Shown piece by piece: positions 22,152-33,278 of a stretch of 64,000 nt of DNA. The DNA is taken from assembly GCA_004764695.1 (NCBI GenBank), contig SMSO01000032.1, forward strand, positions 7,658,483 to 7,722,482, read 5' to 3'. The notes beneath the pieces were generated by a model. The model was not told the DNA's origin and searched no databases. It worked only from the letters and a program-made list of their open reading frames with translations. The stretch comes from Schizochytrium sp. TIO01. Taxonomy: Eukaryota > Protista > Bigyra: Labyrinthulomycetes. Position 1 is the first letter of the stretch, and the number at the start of each line of letters is the position of its first letter. A program made the position numbers and the translations under genes.

Positions 22152-24071
22152 ATGTATCCTCTCCATTATAAGGCAAGATGCTTCTTTTTGACATTTCTCG
22201 CGTATATGTGTTTCCATCTTACGCGCAAGGTCCCTAGTATTTTGAAGGGTGTGTTACACCCACAGTCCTCAACTGGCATTAGCGCCTTCAACAGTACAAC
22301 TAACCCTGGTTGGGCACCTTTTAATCAAGATCTTGTACCTTACGAAGCCAGCAAGCATGGGTTCGTAGTCTCTGGTACGAATGATCCTCTTGATGGATTA
22401 TATGAGTGCATGTCTGGCTTTGACTTGACTCATCCTTGTGAAGTGTACCACAAATCTGAAGTTTGGTTTCTTGCCTTAATTCCACATAAAGAGCTCAACA
22501 TCAGTTGCCCTCTAGAAGGATTTTCACGGTGCTGGGCTTTAGTAGATAGAGCAGGGCAAGGTGTAGAATTTGCACAACCATTCGCAGGTCGTATGCCAGC
22601 GAACTCGGGCTCCAGTGATGCCCCAGATTGTATACACTGGTACAAGAAAACAGAACTCACCAGTAAATACATAGTAGATAAGTATGTCCATGCGAAACCT
22701 AACACTCAGGACGGCAGTGTCCTGCTCGGACTTCTCGACTCCGTTTTCCTTGGATGTTATACTGTAGGCTTGTTTATCTCGGGCTACCTTGGAGACAAGA
22801 TCAACCTCCGATTTCTACTTTCTGCAGGCATGATTGGTTCCGCAATCTGTATGCTTCTTATGGGACTTGCTTATCCACTAGATATCCACAATATGTGGTA
22901 CTTTGTGGTACTTAATGTTGCCTTTGGTCTCTTTCAGTCTACGGGCTGGCCAAGTGTTGTTGCAGTCATGGGTAGTTGGTTTGGACATGGGTCGCGCGGC
23001 CTTATCATGGGTGTATGGAATGCCCACACTTCAATTGGAAATATTTTAGGCTCGGTCACAACAGCTTGGGCTATTGGAGAAGGAATGCACCATGAAGATT
23101 GGCCTCTAGGCTACACCGTGCCAGGAATTATTATGCTTGTTTCTGGTGCGGTTATTTGCGCCTTCCTTATTCCACACCCGGAGGATGTGGGTCTCCACAG
23201 CGCTGATTTGCTTGGCGGAACAGAAGAAGATGAGCAAGATGCACTAGAGTCTCCATTGTTGCAGAACGGAGATGGTGAAGGCTCCGCCCATGTTCAGGAC
23301 GAGGAGTCAGGAGAAAATGCCGAAGGAGATAATACAATCGAAGAAACCTCTGCTCAACGTGGACAAGAAGTCCAAGCTAGTGCAAGTAGTGAAGGCGAAG
23401 ATGTGAGGAGCCATGGCCTCTGCGCAACTTTTGGTGAGGTTTTATCGATTCCAGGGCTCATTCCCTTCTCGCTTTCACTGATGTTTTCAAAGATGTGCGC
23501 ATACAGTGTTCTTTACTGGGGGCCATTTTATCTAGGCAGTGTTGGGTTCTCATCTTCTCGTGCTGGCTATCTGTGTAGTTTCTTTGACGTTGGTGGTGTC
23601 CTTGGTGGAATCACTGCAGGGTTTCTTTCTGATCGCCTCAAAGCACGCGGTCTTGTTGCATTCATCTTTCAGATCTGTGGTGTCCCCATTATGTGGCTCT
23701 ACTACACTCGCACCTCAGCACTTGGCCCCGCCGTGGAGCCGAACATTTGGTGGATGATCATTGTAGGCTTCTTCATCAATGCGCCTTATGCTTTGATCAC
23801 AACTGCGGTTTCTGCTGATTTGGGTACTCAAGTAAAGGGCAAATCCCACCTTTTGGCACTGGTTACAGGAATCATTGATGGTACAGGATCCTTTGGTGCA
23901 ATGCTGCAGGGCATTCTTGTGGGTTATGTCAGCTCTACAAGCTGGGCTGAGGTATGGGAGATGCTAATGCTTGCCCAGGCTCTAAGTGCTCTGATGATTG
24001 CCCGTCTTGTCTATCAAGAAGTTGCTATCGTGTGTGCCACTCCACGCAGAGTCAGTGATAGTCATGAGTAA
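22152..24071 (+). CDS. MFS sugar-phosphate/phosphate exchanger (SLC37/GlpT, OPA family)
   Basis: AYMCFHLTRK, PGWAPF, GLFISGYLGDK, QSTGWPSVVAVMGSWFG, GVWNAHTSIGNI, FDVGGVLGG, PYALITTAVSADLG and TGIIDGTGSFGA, with multiple TM segments. ATG at 22152. Confidence 0.93.
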   Translation: MYPLHYKARCFFLTFLAYMCFHLTRKVPSILKGVLHPQSSTGISAFNSTTNPGWAPFNQDLVPYEASKHGFVVSGTNDPLDGLYECMSGFDLTHPCEVYHKSEVWFLALIPHKELNISCPLEGFSRCWALVDRAGQGVEFAQPFAGRMPANSGSSDAPDCIHWYKKTELTSKYIVDKYVHAKPNTQDGSVLLGLLDSVFLGCYTVGLFISGYLGDKINLRFLLSAGMIGSAICMLLMGLAYPLDIHNMWYFVVLNVAFGLFQSTGWPSVVAVMGSWFGHGSRGLIMGVWNAHTSIGNILGSVTTAWAIGEGMHHEDWPLGYTVPGIIMLVSGAVICAFLIPHPEDVGLHSADLLGGTEEDEQDALESPLLQNGDGEGSAHVQDEESGENAEGDNTIEETSAQRGQEVQASASSEGEDVRSHGLCATFGEVLSIPGLIPFSLSLMFSKMCAYSVLYWGPFYLGSVGFSSSRAGYLCSFFDVGGVLGGITAGFLSDRLKARGLVAFIFQICGVPIMWLYYTRTSALGPAVEPNIWWMIIVGFFINAPYALITTAVSADLGTQVKGKSHLLALVTGIIDGTGSFGAMLQGILVGYVSSTSWAEVWEMLMLAQALSALMIARLVYQEVAIVCATPRRVSDSHE

Positions 24072-26717
24072 TTTGTGAGTACAAAGGCACACAATGCTGT
24101 TATTGTGTACCAGCACAACGTCGAAAAAAATTCTTCTCAAACAGTATTTAGTACTCACTCTCGTGCTATTCAGTTTTATCCTTAAATGAAGATAGAGCCT
24201 ATTGACTCTTCGAGTTTACCTAGAACCTGTTCCGATGAAATATCATGTTTTAATATCATGCAAAGCATAAATAAATAGTATTGACATTATAAATATTTCC
24301 ACAGCCAAATATTAAGCATTGCTGTTTTTATGGAGAAATTACTATTGCTTCACAGAAGCTATACCTACTAGCGTTAGGAGGACTATAAACCACTGATAGA
24401 AGGGGAGCAAGGATGAACTAACTGAGTCAACGTGGAAACTTGTCAGGGTATCGCGTGCCGTGCCTTAGGCATCATGCAAATGAAACAAGTGGGTAACGAG
24501 CAGCTTCGCAAGTCTGCACCATGAGTGTTCAACCCCAAATCCTCAAAATATATTATTGAAACACACGAAATGGGTTACTGAGACCTAAATGCTAAATTAC
24601 AGATTCAAATGTATAATTCTAGAGATTTGGCTGAGACATGGGAAAGGAAGTATAGAATTTGTAATTCTCGAAGCAGAGCATGATACTAGTGTGCCGAGAT
24701 TGGTATCAGCATATGAAGAATAGTACCTATATTAACATAAGTTTAGAGCTGGATGCCTTGTTGTAGAACTGTAGAACACATAGCTTAGTATTTGTAAGGC
24801 TAATATGTTAATCGAGGAGCTCGCATCCACGTCTGTGCCTATCCCTGAGCTTTTGTGCATCTTCCTCCTGACAATTCTGTCGTTCACTCTAATCATAGCG
24901 TCTTTTGTGTAGTTAACGCTATTAGTTCAGGGTCCAAAGGCATGAACTCCGATTAGCATATTTTGTGAGATAGCACAAGCTTCCTCGTTACGGTCCTGTA
25001 TAATCCAGTGATGCTCCTTTTCGTTGTTTGCGTGGTGCTACAGCTTTGGATCCACAATCCTTGTTGTTTTCATCACGAGGTAAGAAGAGTTTGAAACTTC
25101 AATGTTATCAATTGACTCGTTTTCCTCTAATTGATATTTATTTGGCGAAGCCGATGAAGGACAAGGATTTCCCGACTGATTGTTAAAATCAGAAGTTGAC
25201 TGAATGAGAAGGTAATTCTTGAGCTTCGACATGATCCGCTGCTCATGGGCATGGAAAACTGGCAACGTAGTTTGGTATAATATAGGAAGTGTCGCAAAAC
25301 CACTCGTCTCAGACCAACAAATTCAAAATTCAGAATCAAGCCACCATTAAAGGGGTTTGTTACGAGCCAAAACCCAGATATCTGCTAATGCCAGCTGTTT
25401 CAGCGAAGTGAGTTTTCGATTTTTGTGTCTCCGCCAATTTAAAATTTTCACTCAGACCTCGCCTTTGGCATAAGAATATCGAAGGACAACCTGAAATGAA
25501 ATATAATATCCGGCTATGTACAGAATTTAACTACAACAGTCTTTTAGTTTTCATTTATCTTTATCACCGTCTCGTGTATTTGTTAAGCTCTAAATATTGC
25601 TTAGAAGTTTCCACTTTTCGAAACTTTGAAACCGCCCTCAGTCTTCTCTTGACATCAAATCAATGTAGTATAAGTAGAATGGTAGTCTCCGTTTCAAATT
25701 TACTACTTATCAGGGTAACCTCATTCCTAAAAAAGAAAAGGGGCTTCGGCTTATTTAGCGGCCGAATCTTGATTTCAGTTCCGTGGCGAGATATTAATCA
25801 ACAAAAGCTCAATCTTCAAATTCGGTTGTTTGCATTGGCAAGCTGCATGAGGTCTCATGTATGCAAGCCTTGCATGAGAAGCGATGATCCCCTTTCAATA
25901 TACGGTGAAAAAACAAGATGACATTTTTTTCATTTACGTCACTCATGCTTGAATGCAGGGTTTGTGTTAGAAGATAGGCATGGTGAGGAGCTCGTCACGT
26001 AAACTGTCACTTGGCATCATCAAGAGTTGTCTATTCTGCCTGTGAAGTATAGAAAACCTAAAGCCTTGTTTGCATTTGCAGAATTTGGAACAGAACGAAC
26101 CTAACACTTCGGTCTTACTCAAATATAACCAATTTATCTCTGTCTCCGATTTGGGTGTTGGCGGCACGAAGGTAGATATAGAACTCCCTGGAGGCTTCTC
26201 TAAACATTTAGACCCTCCTGTTACTTTAGATATGAAAAAACGAAAAAAAGAAAAAAAAGAAAAAAATCTTGTTCACAATCATCAATCAAAACAGAAGTAT
26301 TAATTGGTAAGGAGAGAAATGCTTGTAAATGTATCGTTTGTAAAAGGAATATGGCATTTCCCGTTTCGGTCAGAGTGTCGAGCTTGTTGCCTTCAGCAAA
26401 GATAAGAAAAGGACGGTAACATCTAAAATGATTTTCAAGCGACTCCATATAAAGTCCCAGCCAGTGTCGTATGAGCCTTGCAGTTGAATTCTGCAGTCGT
26501 TAGTTCCACGTCGCGCCCTTAAATAAAAACCATTGGCGGAAAAGTATAACAGATATATCCTCTCCAAATACTCCTTTATTTGGTAAATGGGGAGAATAGA
26601 AATAAGGAGTGTCAGGGTTGGGCGAAAATTAGCACGGAGACGAAGCACGGCGCCCATATAGTGCACCAACTTGATACAAGCACTTTGTAAAAAGCTGCTA
26701 TGGGTGGCGCTGAACAA

Positions 26718-29228
26718 TTATGCTCCCCAAATACGAATGGTCCGGTCATAAGAAGCAGTGATGAGGTGACCGTGGACGACTTGCAATGCCATCACACAAC
26801 TCTTGTGCTCCGAAAGACTGGTGATCACTTCATCACTCTGCAAAATTGCGTCCTTATCCCAAATACCAACAACACCATTGCCTAAGCCAGCAACAATGCG
26901 GTTACCATAAGAGACGAGAGAGAGCACGGCACGGTTGTGCCAAGAAATTGAACGCAACAAAGTCCAAGTTTTGCAATCATGAATATTGATACAACCATCG
27001 TCTGAACCCGAGAGAAGCCAGTTACGCGAGTGATCCACGGCAAGAGCCTGAACCTCATCCTTGTGACCATCCAGAGTACATACTGCCTGGAAGCCACCCT
27101 TGCGGCAAATTGTCCATACCTTAATAGAGGTGTCAGAGCTGCCCGTAATCAAAGTATCCTTTCCATAAGTAGCGAGCGCCCAAATGACGTGTTGATGCGC
27201 AGAAACATTGCGAAGCAAGTTCCACGAAGACAGGCTCCAAGACTTGAGAGCGCCATCGTCGCTACCGGTGATGAGCTTATCTTCGTGAACAATCATCGTA
27301 CAAACAGACGATTTGGGAGTCGGCAGCACGCTGATGCACTCCCAGGTATCAGCGCTCCATACGCGAATAGTCCTGTCTGGCGAAGCGGAGATCAGGCGAT
27401 CAGGCAAGGCTTTGAGCGACACCACGGTGCTTGAATGTCCATGCAAAGTAGTCACGAGCTCCCAGTCGCTAACACGGTAGATGAAGATAGAATTGCAGGA
27501 AGCAGCGGCAAGATGCCCAGCAACAAATGCCAAGGCACATACAGGGTGGCCAAAGCCAGTAAGTGTTCGCTCACATTTATTAACAATGAGCGGTTGTAAG
27601 TTTTGTGATTCTTCGACGCGTGATGGAGTTTGGAGACTGGGGTTACTGATATATTTCCGTGGCTTTGAAATCTTGCGCTTGTCGCTTGCAGGAAGGTTAG
27701 ATGTTGGCGGTGCCGATCCTGTATTTTGAATACGTTGCATAGCTTCATTGTATAGTACCCGGCGAAGCTCCTTGGAATCTGAAATAAGTTGGTGCCTTGA
27801 CATTTCGAAAAGCTCGTCACGGGACATGTTGCTTAGCCGCATATAATCCGGGTCTGAAGCCATATCGACAAAGAGTTTAGCGCGCGTGGACTCGTCTAAA
27901 ACTGCCCAGCTCACGAGGGCACGGAATACCATGATTTCGCTGTGCGTGTGAACCTCATCGGACTTGAGAACTGTCTGAATAATATCAAGAGGAAGGTGGC
28001 TCCAACCTGGCTCTTGGGTGGCCGTGTCAAAATGTCTCATGACATATTCGCACGCAGCTTCGACAAGGTTGGAAAGCTTGTACTGGAGCGCGATTTGAAT
28101 TGTGTCGAAGACATATGAGTTGGAAAGGTTGCTCATCAGGTACCCAGATGCGAGATCCACCAGAGGTTTCATGTCGAGGATGAGCGCAAGATGGAGGATC
28201 TGTGACATAACCTCGGGTCTGAAATTGACGATGCCAGTATACATGTATGTGCGCACAGCAGTCGCAGCTTCTTCGTCTACGCGCACGTCTGGAATTTCGA
28301 TTGAAATTCTAGGATGACCAAGGTGCAAACGGGTAGACACACGCAAGTTAAGAGCAGATAAAAATGCGTTGCCTCCACTATGACCGGGCTCTTGCTTTAC
28401 ATTTCCACCCGACTTGATCCGGGAAGAATGGGTCATGGGACCATTTATACCACCTGGAGCTGTGACAGTAGTGTGACCTGATCGAATAACACCGCCAGGG
28501 CCAAGAACACTCGTTGCTGATCCCTTTGAAGAGCAAGTTGAAGAGTCGTAGGCCTCAGTCTCACCGCTTACCGAGTTAGCAGACGGCGACTGGGAATGTC
28601 CACTCCCAGCGGATGCGCCAGTAGCGCCATTGATGGGTGGTTTACTCACGTTGACGCCCACCCCACGAACGTTATGGTGACCCATGCCAGAGGGAGGTAT
28701 CAAGGAAGGGGAAGGTTTTGCTTCGTTAGACGTTACAATGTTTGCGATGACCGAAGAACAGGCGATAGCAAAGACTGAATGCAAGGGAATAATTTTCGGT
28801 GTGTCTCCATTGGGTGTGTTTGGGTGTACCATAGATGCAGTTGAAGAAGATGAAGATGCAGGAAGGACAAGCTCCATATCACACATTTCGCCCCGTCGAG
28901 CCATGCGTTCCCACACTTGGCTCATGCGAATGAGATGGTCCGGTGTGGTAACCGTAAACTTTTCTGGAGTACCTCCAGATAATAAGTTAGCATCGTCGTC
29001 CCATCGCAGGCCTTCGCTGCTGCGCGCATCGTCATTCTCCAGTGGCAAAAACGATGCTGAAAGTGGATCTGCTGGCACCGCTCCAAAAAAGTCTGCTACT
29101 GCTGATCCATCGTCGAAGTCAAGAAGGAAATCCATTGAGTTTCCTCTTGAGCGTACTCGTTGTCGTTTGTGAGGTTGTTGATAGCTTTGGAAAACATCGT
29201 TGCCAGATTGGTTCATCATCACGTCCAT
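26718..29228 (-). CDS. BTB/POZ-BACK-WD40 repeat protein (candidate Cullin-3 substrate adaptor)
   Basis: BTB elements (CDMELV, PLHSVFAIACSS, YMYTG, LVDLASGYL), BACK elements (LKSDEV, SEIMVFRALVSW) and about 7 WD40 repeats (GH..SASPDRTIRVW, GSDDGALKSW, TASYDRTIRIW). First ATG at 29228. Confidence 0.88.
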   Translation of the reverse strand: MDVMMNQSGNDVFQSYQQPHKRQRVRSRGNSMDFLLDFDDGSAVADFFGAVPADPLSASFLPLENDDARSSEGLRWDDDANLLSGGTPEKFTVTTPDHLIRMSQVWERMARRGEMCDMELVLPASSSSSTASMVHPNTPNGDTPKIIPLHSVFAIACSSVIANIVTSNEAKPSPSLIPPSGMGHHNVRGVGVNVSKPPINGATGASAGSGHSQSPSANSVSGETEAYDSSTCSSKGSATSVLGPGGVIRSGHTTVTAPGGINGPMTHSSRIKSGGNVKQEPGHSGGNAFLSALNLRVSTRLHLGHPRISIEIPDVRVDEEAATAVRTYMYTGIVNFRPEVMSQILHLALILDMKPLVDLASGYLMSNLSNSYVFDTIQIALQYKLSNLVEAACEYVMRHFDTATQEPGWSHLPLDIIQTVLKSDEVHTHSEIMVFRALVSWAVLDESTRAKLFVDMASDPDYMRLSNMSRDELFEMSRHQLISDSKELRRVLYNEAMQRIQNTGSAPPTSNLPASDKRKISKPRKYISNPSLQTPSRVEESQNLQPLIVNKCERTLTGFGHPVCALAFVAGHLAAASCNSIFIYRVSDWELVTTLHGHSSTVVSLKALPDRLISASPDRTIRVWSADTWECISVLPTPKSSVCTMIVHEDKLITGSDDGALKSWSLSSWNLLRNVSAHQHVIWALATYGKDTLITGSSDTSIKVWTICRKGGFQAVCTLDGHKDEVQALAVDHSRNWLLSGSDDGCINIHDCKTWTLLRSISWHNRAVLSLVSYGNRIVAGLGNGVVGIWDKDAILQSDEVITSLSEHKSCVMALQVVHGHLITASYDRTIRIWGA

Positions 29229-29423
29229 GCTCCTGGGAATGCGGACCAATGTTACTGTTTGCTCTTCGGCGCTGATTTCCGCAGGAACTGAGAGAGCTTT
29301 GCCAAGCCTCCTTGTTCAGGACACACCACTCGCACGTAATTGAAGAAACAAAGAAGTTAATTCTTGCGTAGATTAGACAAGGTACAGAATTGAGAAAACC
29401 GGGAGGTGATGAACGTTCGACCA

Positions 29424-29796
29424 CTGCTAAAGAAAGAGAAGGTCGCCAGAGAGAAAGTAGCGAATGCAAATTCTTGTAAATCACCGAAGAATGCAATCAA
29501 TATACACGATGGCCAACAAGATGTCACAGATAATGTAGTTGAGCTAGACCACGAGTAATTCGAATTGATGGCCAGTCAGTCCACAAAGAAGTAGGAGGGT
29601 AATAGATCTGAGAACACAAAGAAGCAGCGACGAAAGGAATTCCAGAGAATGAAACAAAGAAGGAAATAAGCAAGGAAGCAGGGGATGACTGCAGTTCTGA
29701 CTTGGATACGTGAGTGCAGAGGAAGCTCGTAGAAGGTACTTGACGTTCTTTCTTTCGAGAGATACCACCAAAGCCCAGAGCCACGACAACGCTCAC
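29424..29796 (-). other. Predicted 5'UTR intron of the BTB-WD40 gene
   Basis: Minus-strand donor CG|GTGAGC at 29796 and polypyrimidine acceptor CTCTTTCTTTAGCAG| at 29424. Confidence 0.5.
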
Positions 29797-30301
29797 CGAG
29801 CTGCAGCACAGAATGAATGAATGCTCGCGAACAAGGGCCTGCCAGTGCTAGTGGTCTTCTTAGCCAGTTCCTAGCCAACTCTAGTCTCCCTCTCTATTCT
29901 TCGAGTGCCTGCTGTGGCTTTTGGAGGAGGTGATCGCTGATGAGGCCAAGGTCCTTAGTTGCAGTCACCTGGTAGAACAAGGGGGGAGGGGGAGCCGGGG
30001 GGTGAGAGGGATCTCCGCTGCAAAGGCCTTGCGCGGCCTGCGCTCGCCGAGGCCTCGCAACCTAGCTGACCAGCCAGTCAGGCCGACGTCTGCTGTTTGC
30101 TGAGGCTTGCTTTCTTCTTTCTCTCCTTTCTCTCCTTTCTTTCTTTCCTTTCTTTCTTTCCTTTCTTTATGCTTTATTCTTTTATTCCATCCTATTCCTT
30201 TCTTCTTTCCACTTCTTTCCATTTCCTTCTTGTCTACTTCTTCTTTTACGCAGGCACTACCCAAACACATACTATATTAGTAAAATAAAATAAAATAAAA
30301 T

Positions 30302-30364
30302 TATGTATGTATGTATGTATGTATGTATGTATGTATGTATGTATGTATGTATGTATGTATGTAT
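30302..30364. repeat. (TATG)n microsatellite
   Basis: Read directly. Confidence 0.95.
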
Positions 30365-30616
30365 GGTATGTATGGTATGTATGTCTGTAAATGGTTCTTC
30401 TCCAAATACCGAAGTACTGGGGTGCTACCTGGGAAGTAGCTAGCCCTTGCTATAGAAATTCAAAAGTCTATTGCTTGCTAGTAACTTCCACACAAAACAT
30501 GCTACGATTTAATTCATATTTAAAATCGCTCCTCAACTACCATGATGGCTGCACTGCAGGTAGTTTGACTTTTGCTTCTTTCTCTCACCTTCTGTTCATA
30601 ATAATAATAATATATT

Positions 30617-30647
<31 letters not shown>

Positions 30648-30899
30648 CAAACTCTTTTTGATAAAAAAGAAAGTTAAAAGTAAAATTGTTTTCTTCTCTT
30701 TCTTCGTTTATAAGTTGGGAATGTTTTTCTTCATTTACTCATGATTTCTTTTCTTTTTTCTTTTTCTTTACTTTTTTTTATGAACTGACGACTGTCATAC
30801 CTCTCTTTCACTGTCACTCTTTCTGTCCCTTCTTCACTTTCGCAGTGTGTTTCTTCTTTCTTTCTTTCTTTCTTTCTTTCTATGGCTCTTTCTCGCGTG

Positions 30900-30997
30900 C
30901 TTTACTTTGCTTTGCTTTGCTTTGCTTTACTTTGCTTTCCTTTGCTTTGCTTTGCTTTGCTTTCCTTTGCTTTGCTTTACTTTGCTTTGCTTTGCTT
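30900..30997. repeat. Imperfect (CTTTG)n pentanucleotide repeat
   Basis: Read directly. Confidence 0.9.
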
Positions 30998-33247
30998 TCC
31001 TTCCTTCCTCCCTTCCTTCCTCCCTTCCTCCCTCTCGAAACTGTGATTGATCCCTGCCATCCCAAGACCTGGCAAGAGAACGCGCGCAGAACGAGCATCC
31101 TTTCGCTCGATCTCAGCGTGGGCTGTTGGCTCCAGGTACTCTCCGCGGCCTTCGCTCTGAGGCTTCGAAGCAACAAATCGCCGATCAATCGCTCAGTCGC
31201 CCAATCATTTAACCATTCGATCACTCATTCATTCACTCACTCACTCAATCAATCAATCACTCAATCAATCACTCAAAATCCATCAATCCATCGATAAATC
31301 ACTTTTGGAGTAATTCAATTTAACTAATCAATCAAATCCGCCTCTCTCTTCTAATGACACTACGACCTAGCACTCACTTACTACGGCCTAACTGGTGCTA
31401 GCTGGAGTGCATTCTGCGGGACCCGTGGCCGTTCTTTCGATCAGCTGTTCCCTTTCGCTGGGCTCTACAAGCATCGCAGAGGGGTGTTCTGCCCGCCAGC
31501 GAGCAGGTAGCGCGCGCTGGAATGCCGCGCCATGCTTCTGCGCTCGTATACGCAACTGCGTGCGAAGCTCTTGGAGCTCTTTTCGAAAATTAAACGTCGA
31601 GTACTATATACTCTAGTCTAGCTAGAGTAACACCACATCCTTCTCTTTCTGTTTAACGATTGAAGTCGCACGACAGCATTCAAGTTGTTTGAAAATTTTA
31701 ATAAAAAACGAATTATTTTAAAGGCTCCTGAATAAAAAAACAAAATGAGAATAAGCCTGGCAATAATCAGAAAGCGGGAACAGAGAAAGGTAACAGTCTT
31801 TTAAAACTCACTCACCAATTAATTTCCCAAGTTTTGAACATGCGGTCTCATGGGAGAAGAGAACGAGAGCTCACGGCATCGATATCTCACGGGCGCAGGT
31901 GTCTAAAAGGCCAAACTTGAGCCAGAGATTGCTCTCTTATTCGTCCGTTCTCCTTCTTTTTCTCTCCTTTGCTGATCTCGAAGCACCTTTACGCGTAGGT
32001 ACCTCAGGTAAATATATATATTACTTGAATTATTCCAAGCACTTTCATCTTCTATTTTGGAACTACAATGGTGAGCTTACCAACTACTATCTACCTCCTA
32101 CTGGTATTTCCTGCTTGGCAAATAGGCCTTTTTATTTAAAAAAAAAATTAAAAATGATTTGAATTTGAATTGATTCTTTGTTTCCTTCCCTTTCTTCCTT
32201 TCTTTCTAAAAGCAAAAAGTAAAGTGTTTTCCTCCTCTCACTCTGTTTACTTGCTGCTCTTGAAAAATTGAGTGAATCGACCGGTAGTGATAACACAAAT
32301 ATAGGTAGTCGATGGAGCTTCTTCTTTCTTCTATTCTTTCTTTTTCTTTTACTCTCTCTTTTATTCTGTCTCCAATTCTTGTCCTGTTCTTTCTTTTATT
32401 CTTTCTACCTGCCTGCTCTTTCTTTCTGCACACTGCCTCTCTTTCTCTGTCTGTCTCTTTCTCTGGGTCTCCAAACTCTCCAATCTGGCTGACCTTGTTT
32501 TTGTTTGAACTTTTGTGATTAATTTATTCACCTTGGTAGAGCAGCGTCTTCTTCATTTATTTTCAAGCAAGTAATGAACGAGTCGCTCAAAATGGATGGC
32601 ATGAAAAGGGCGAAGAACGAAATGAAGACTACTCAATGTATCGATTCTCAAGCAAAGGAACCATGCATGCCACAATTCATATTCACCAAAGAAAGTAAGA
32701 AAGAAAGAAAGAAAGAAAGAATAATTTAAAAAAGTCAGGCTTGATGAAAATTAGAGTGGCTGTTCGCTCTGTTCGAGTCTGCTCGGAGCGAGGAAGTGGA
32801 GGAAGACAAGGAATCGATCGTGCTCCTGACTTACTCAGTCCTGCTCACGCCCAGACTTATCTTGGCACCAGACTCGCACAAGAAACCAGAATCCTCGACG
32901 ACAAGAGCGGAGCCGCAGAAGTGAAGCAAGAGAGTAAGAAATCCGCGCAAATGGTTATCATCCATTCATTCATTCATGCATTCATTCATGCACTAAAGTC
33001 CGCGCATTGCAGTTTTCATTGATTAACTTATTTATTATCCACTTAGTTATAATGTTTCTTAATTTAAACTCATTAAAGTTGGTGTAGCTACCTTTTAGCA
33101 TTGTTGTTATTTTTAAAATCAATATATGTTCTATGTAGTCTCTTAGGTAGATAGATAGGCAGGTAGGCACTGATAGGGTGTTCGTGTTTGTTTCTTCTAG
33201 AATGCAAACTCTAGCTAGCTAGCTAGAGAAAACAAACAAGGCAATGA

Positions 33248-33278
<31 letters not shown>

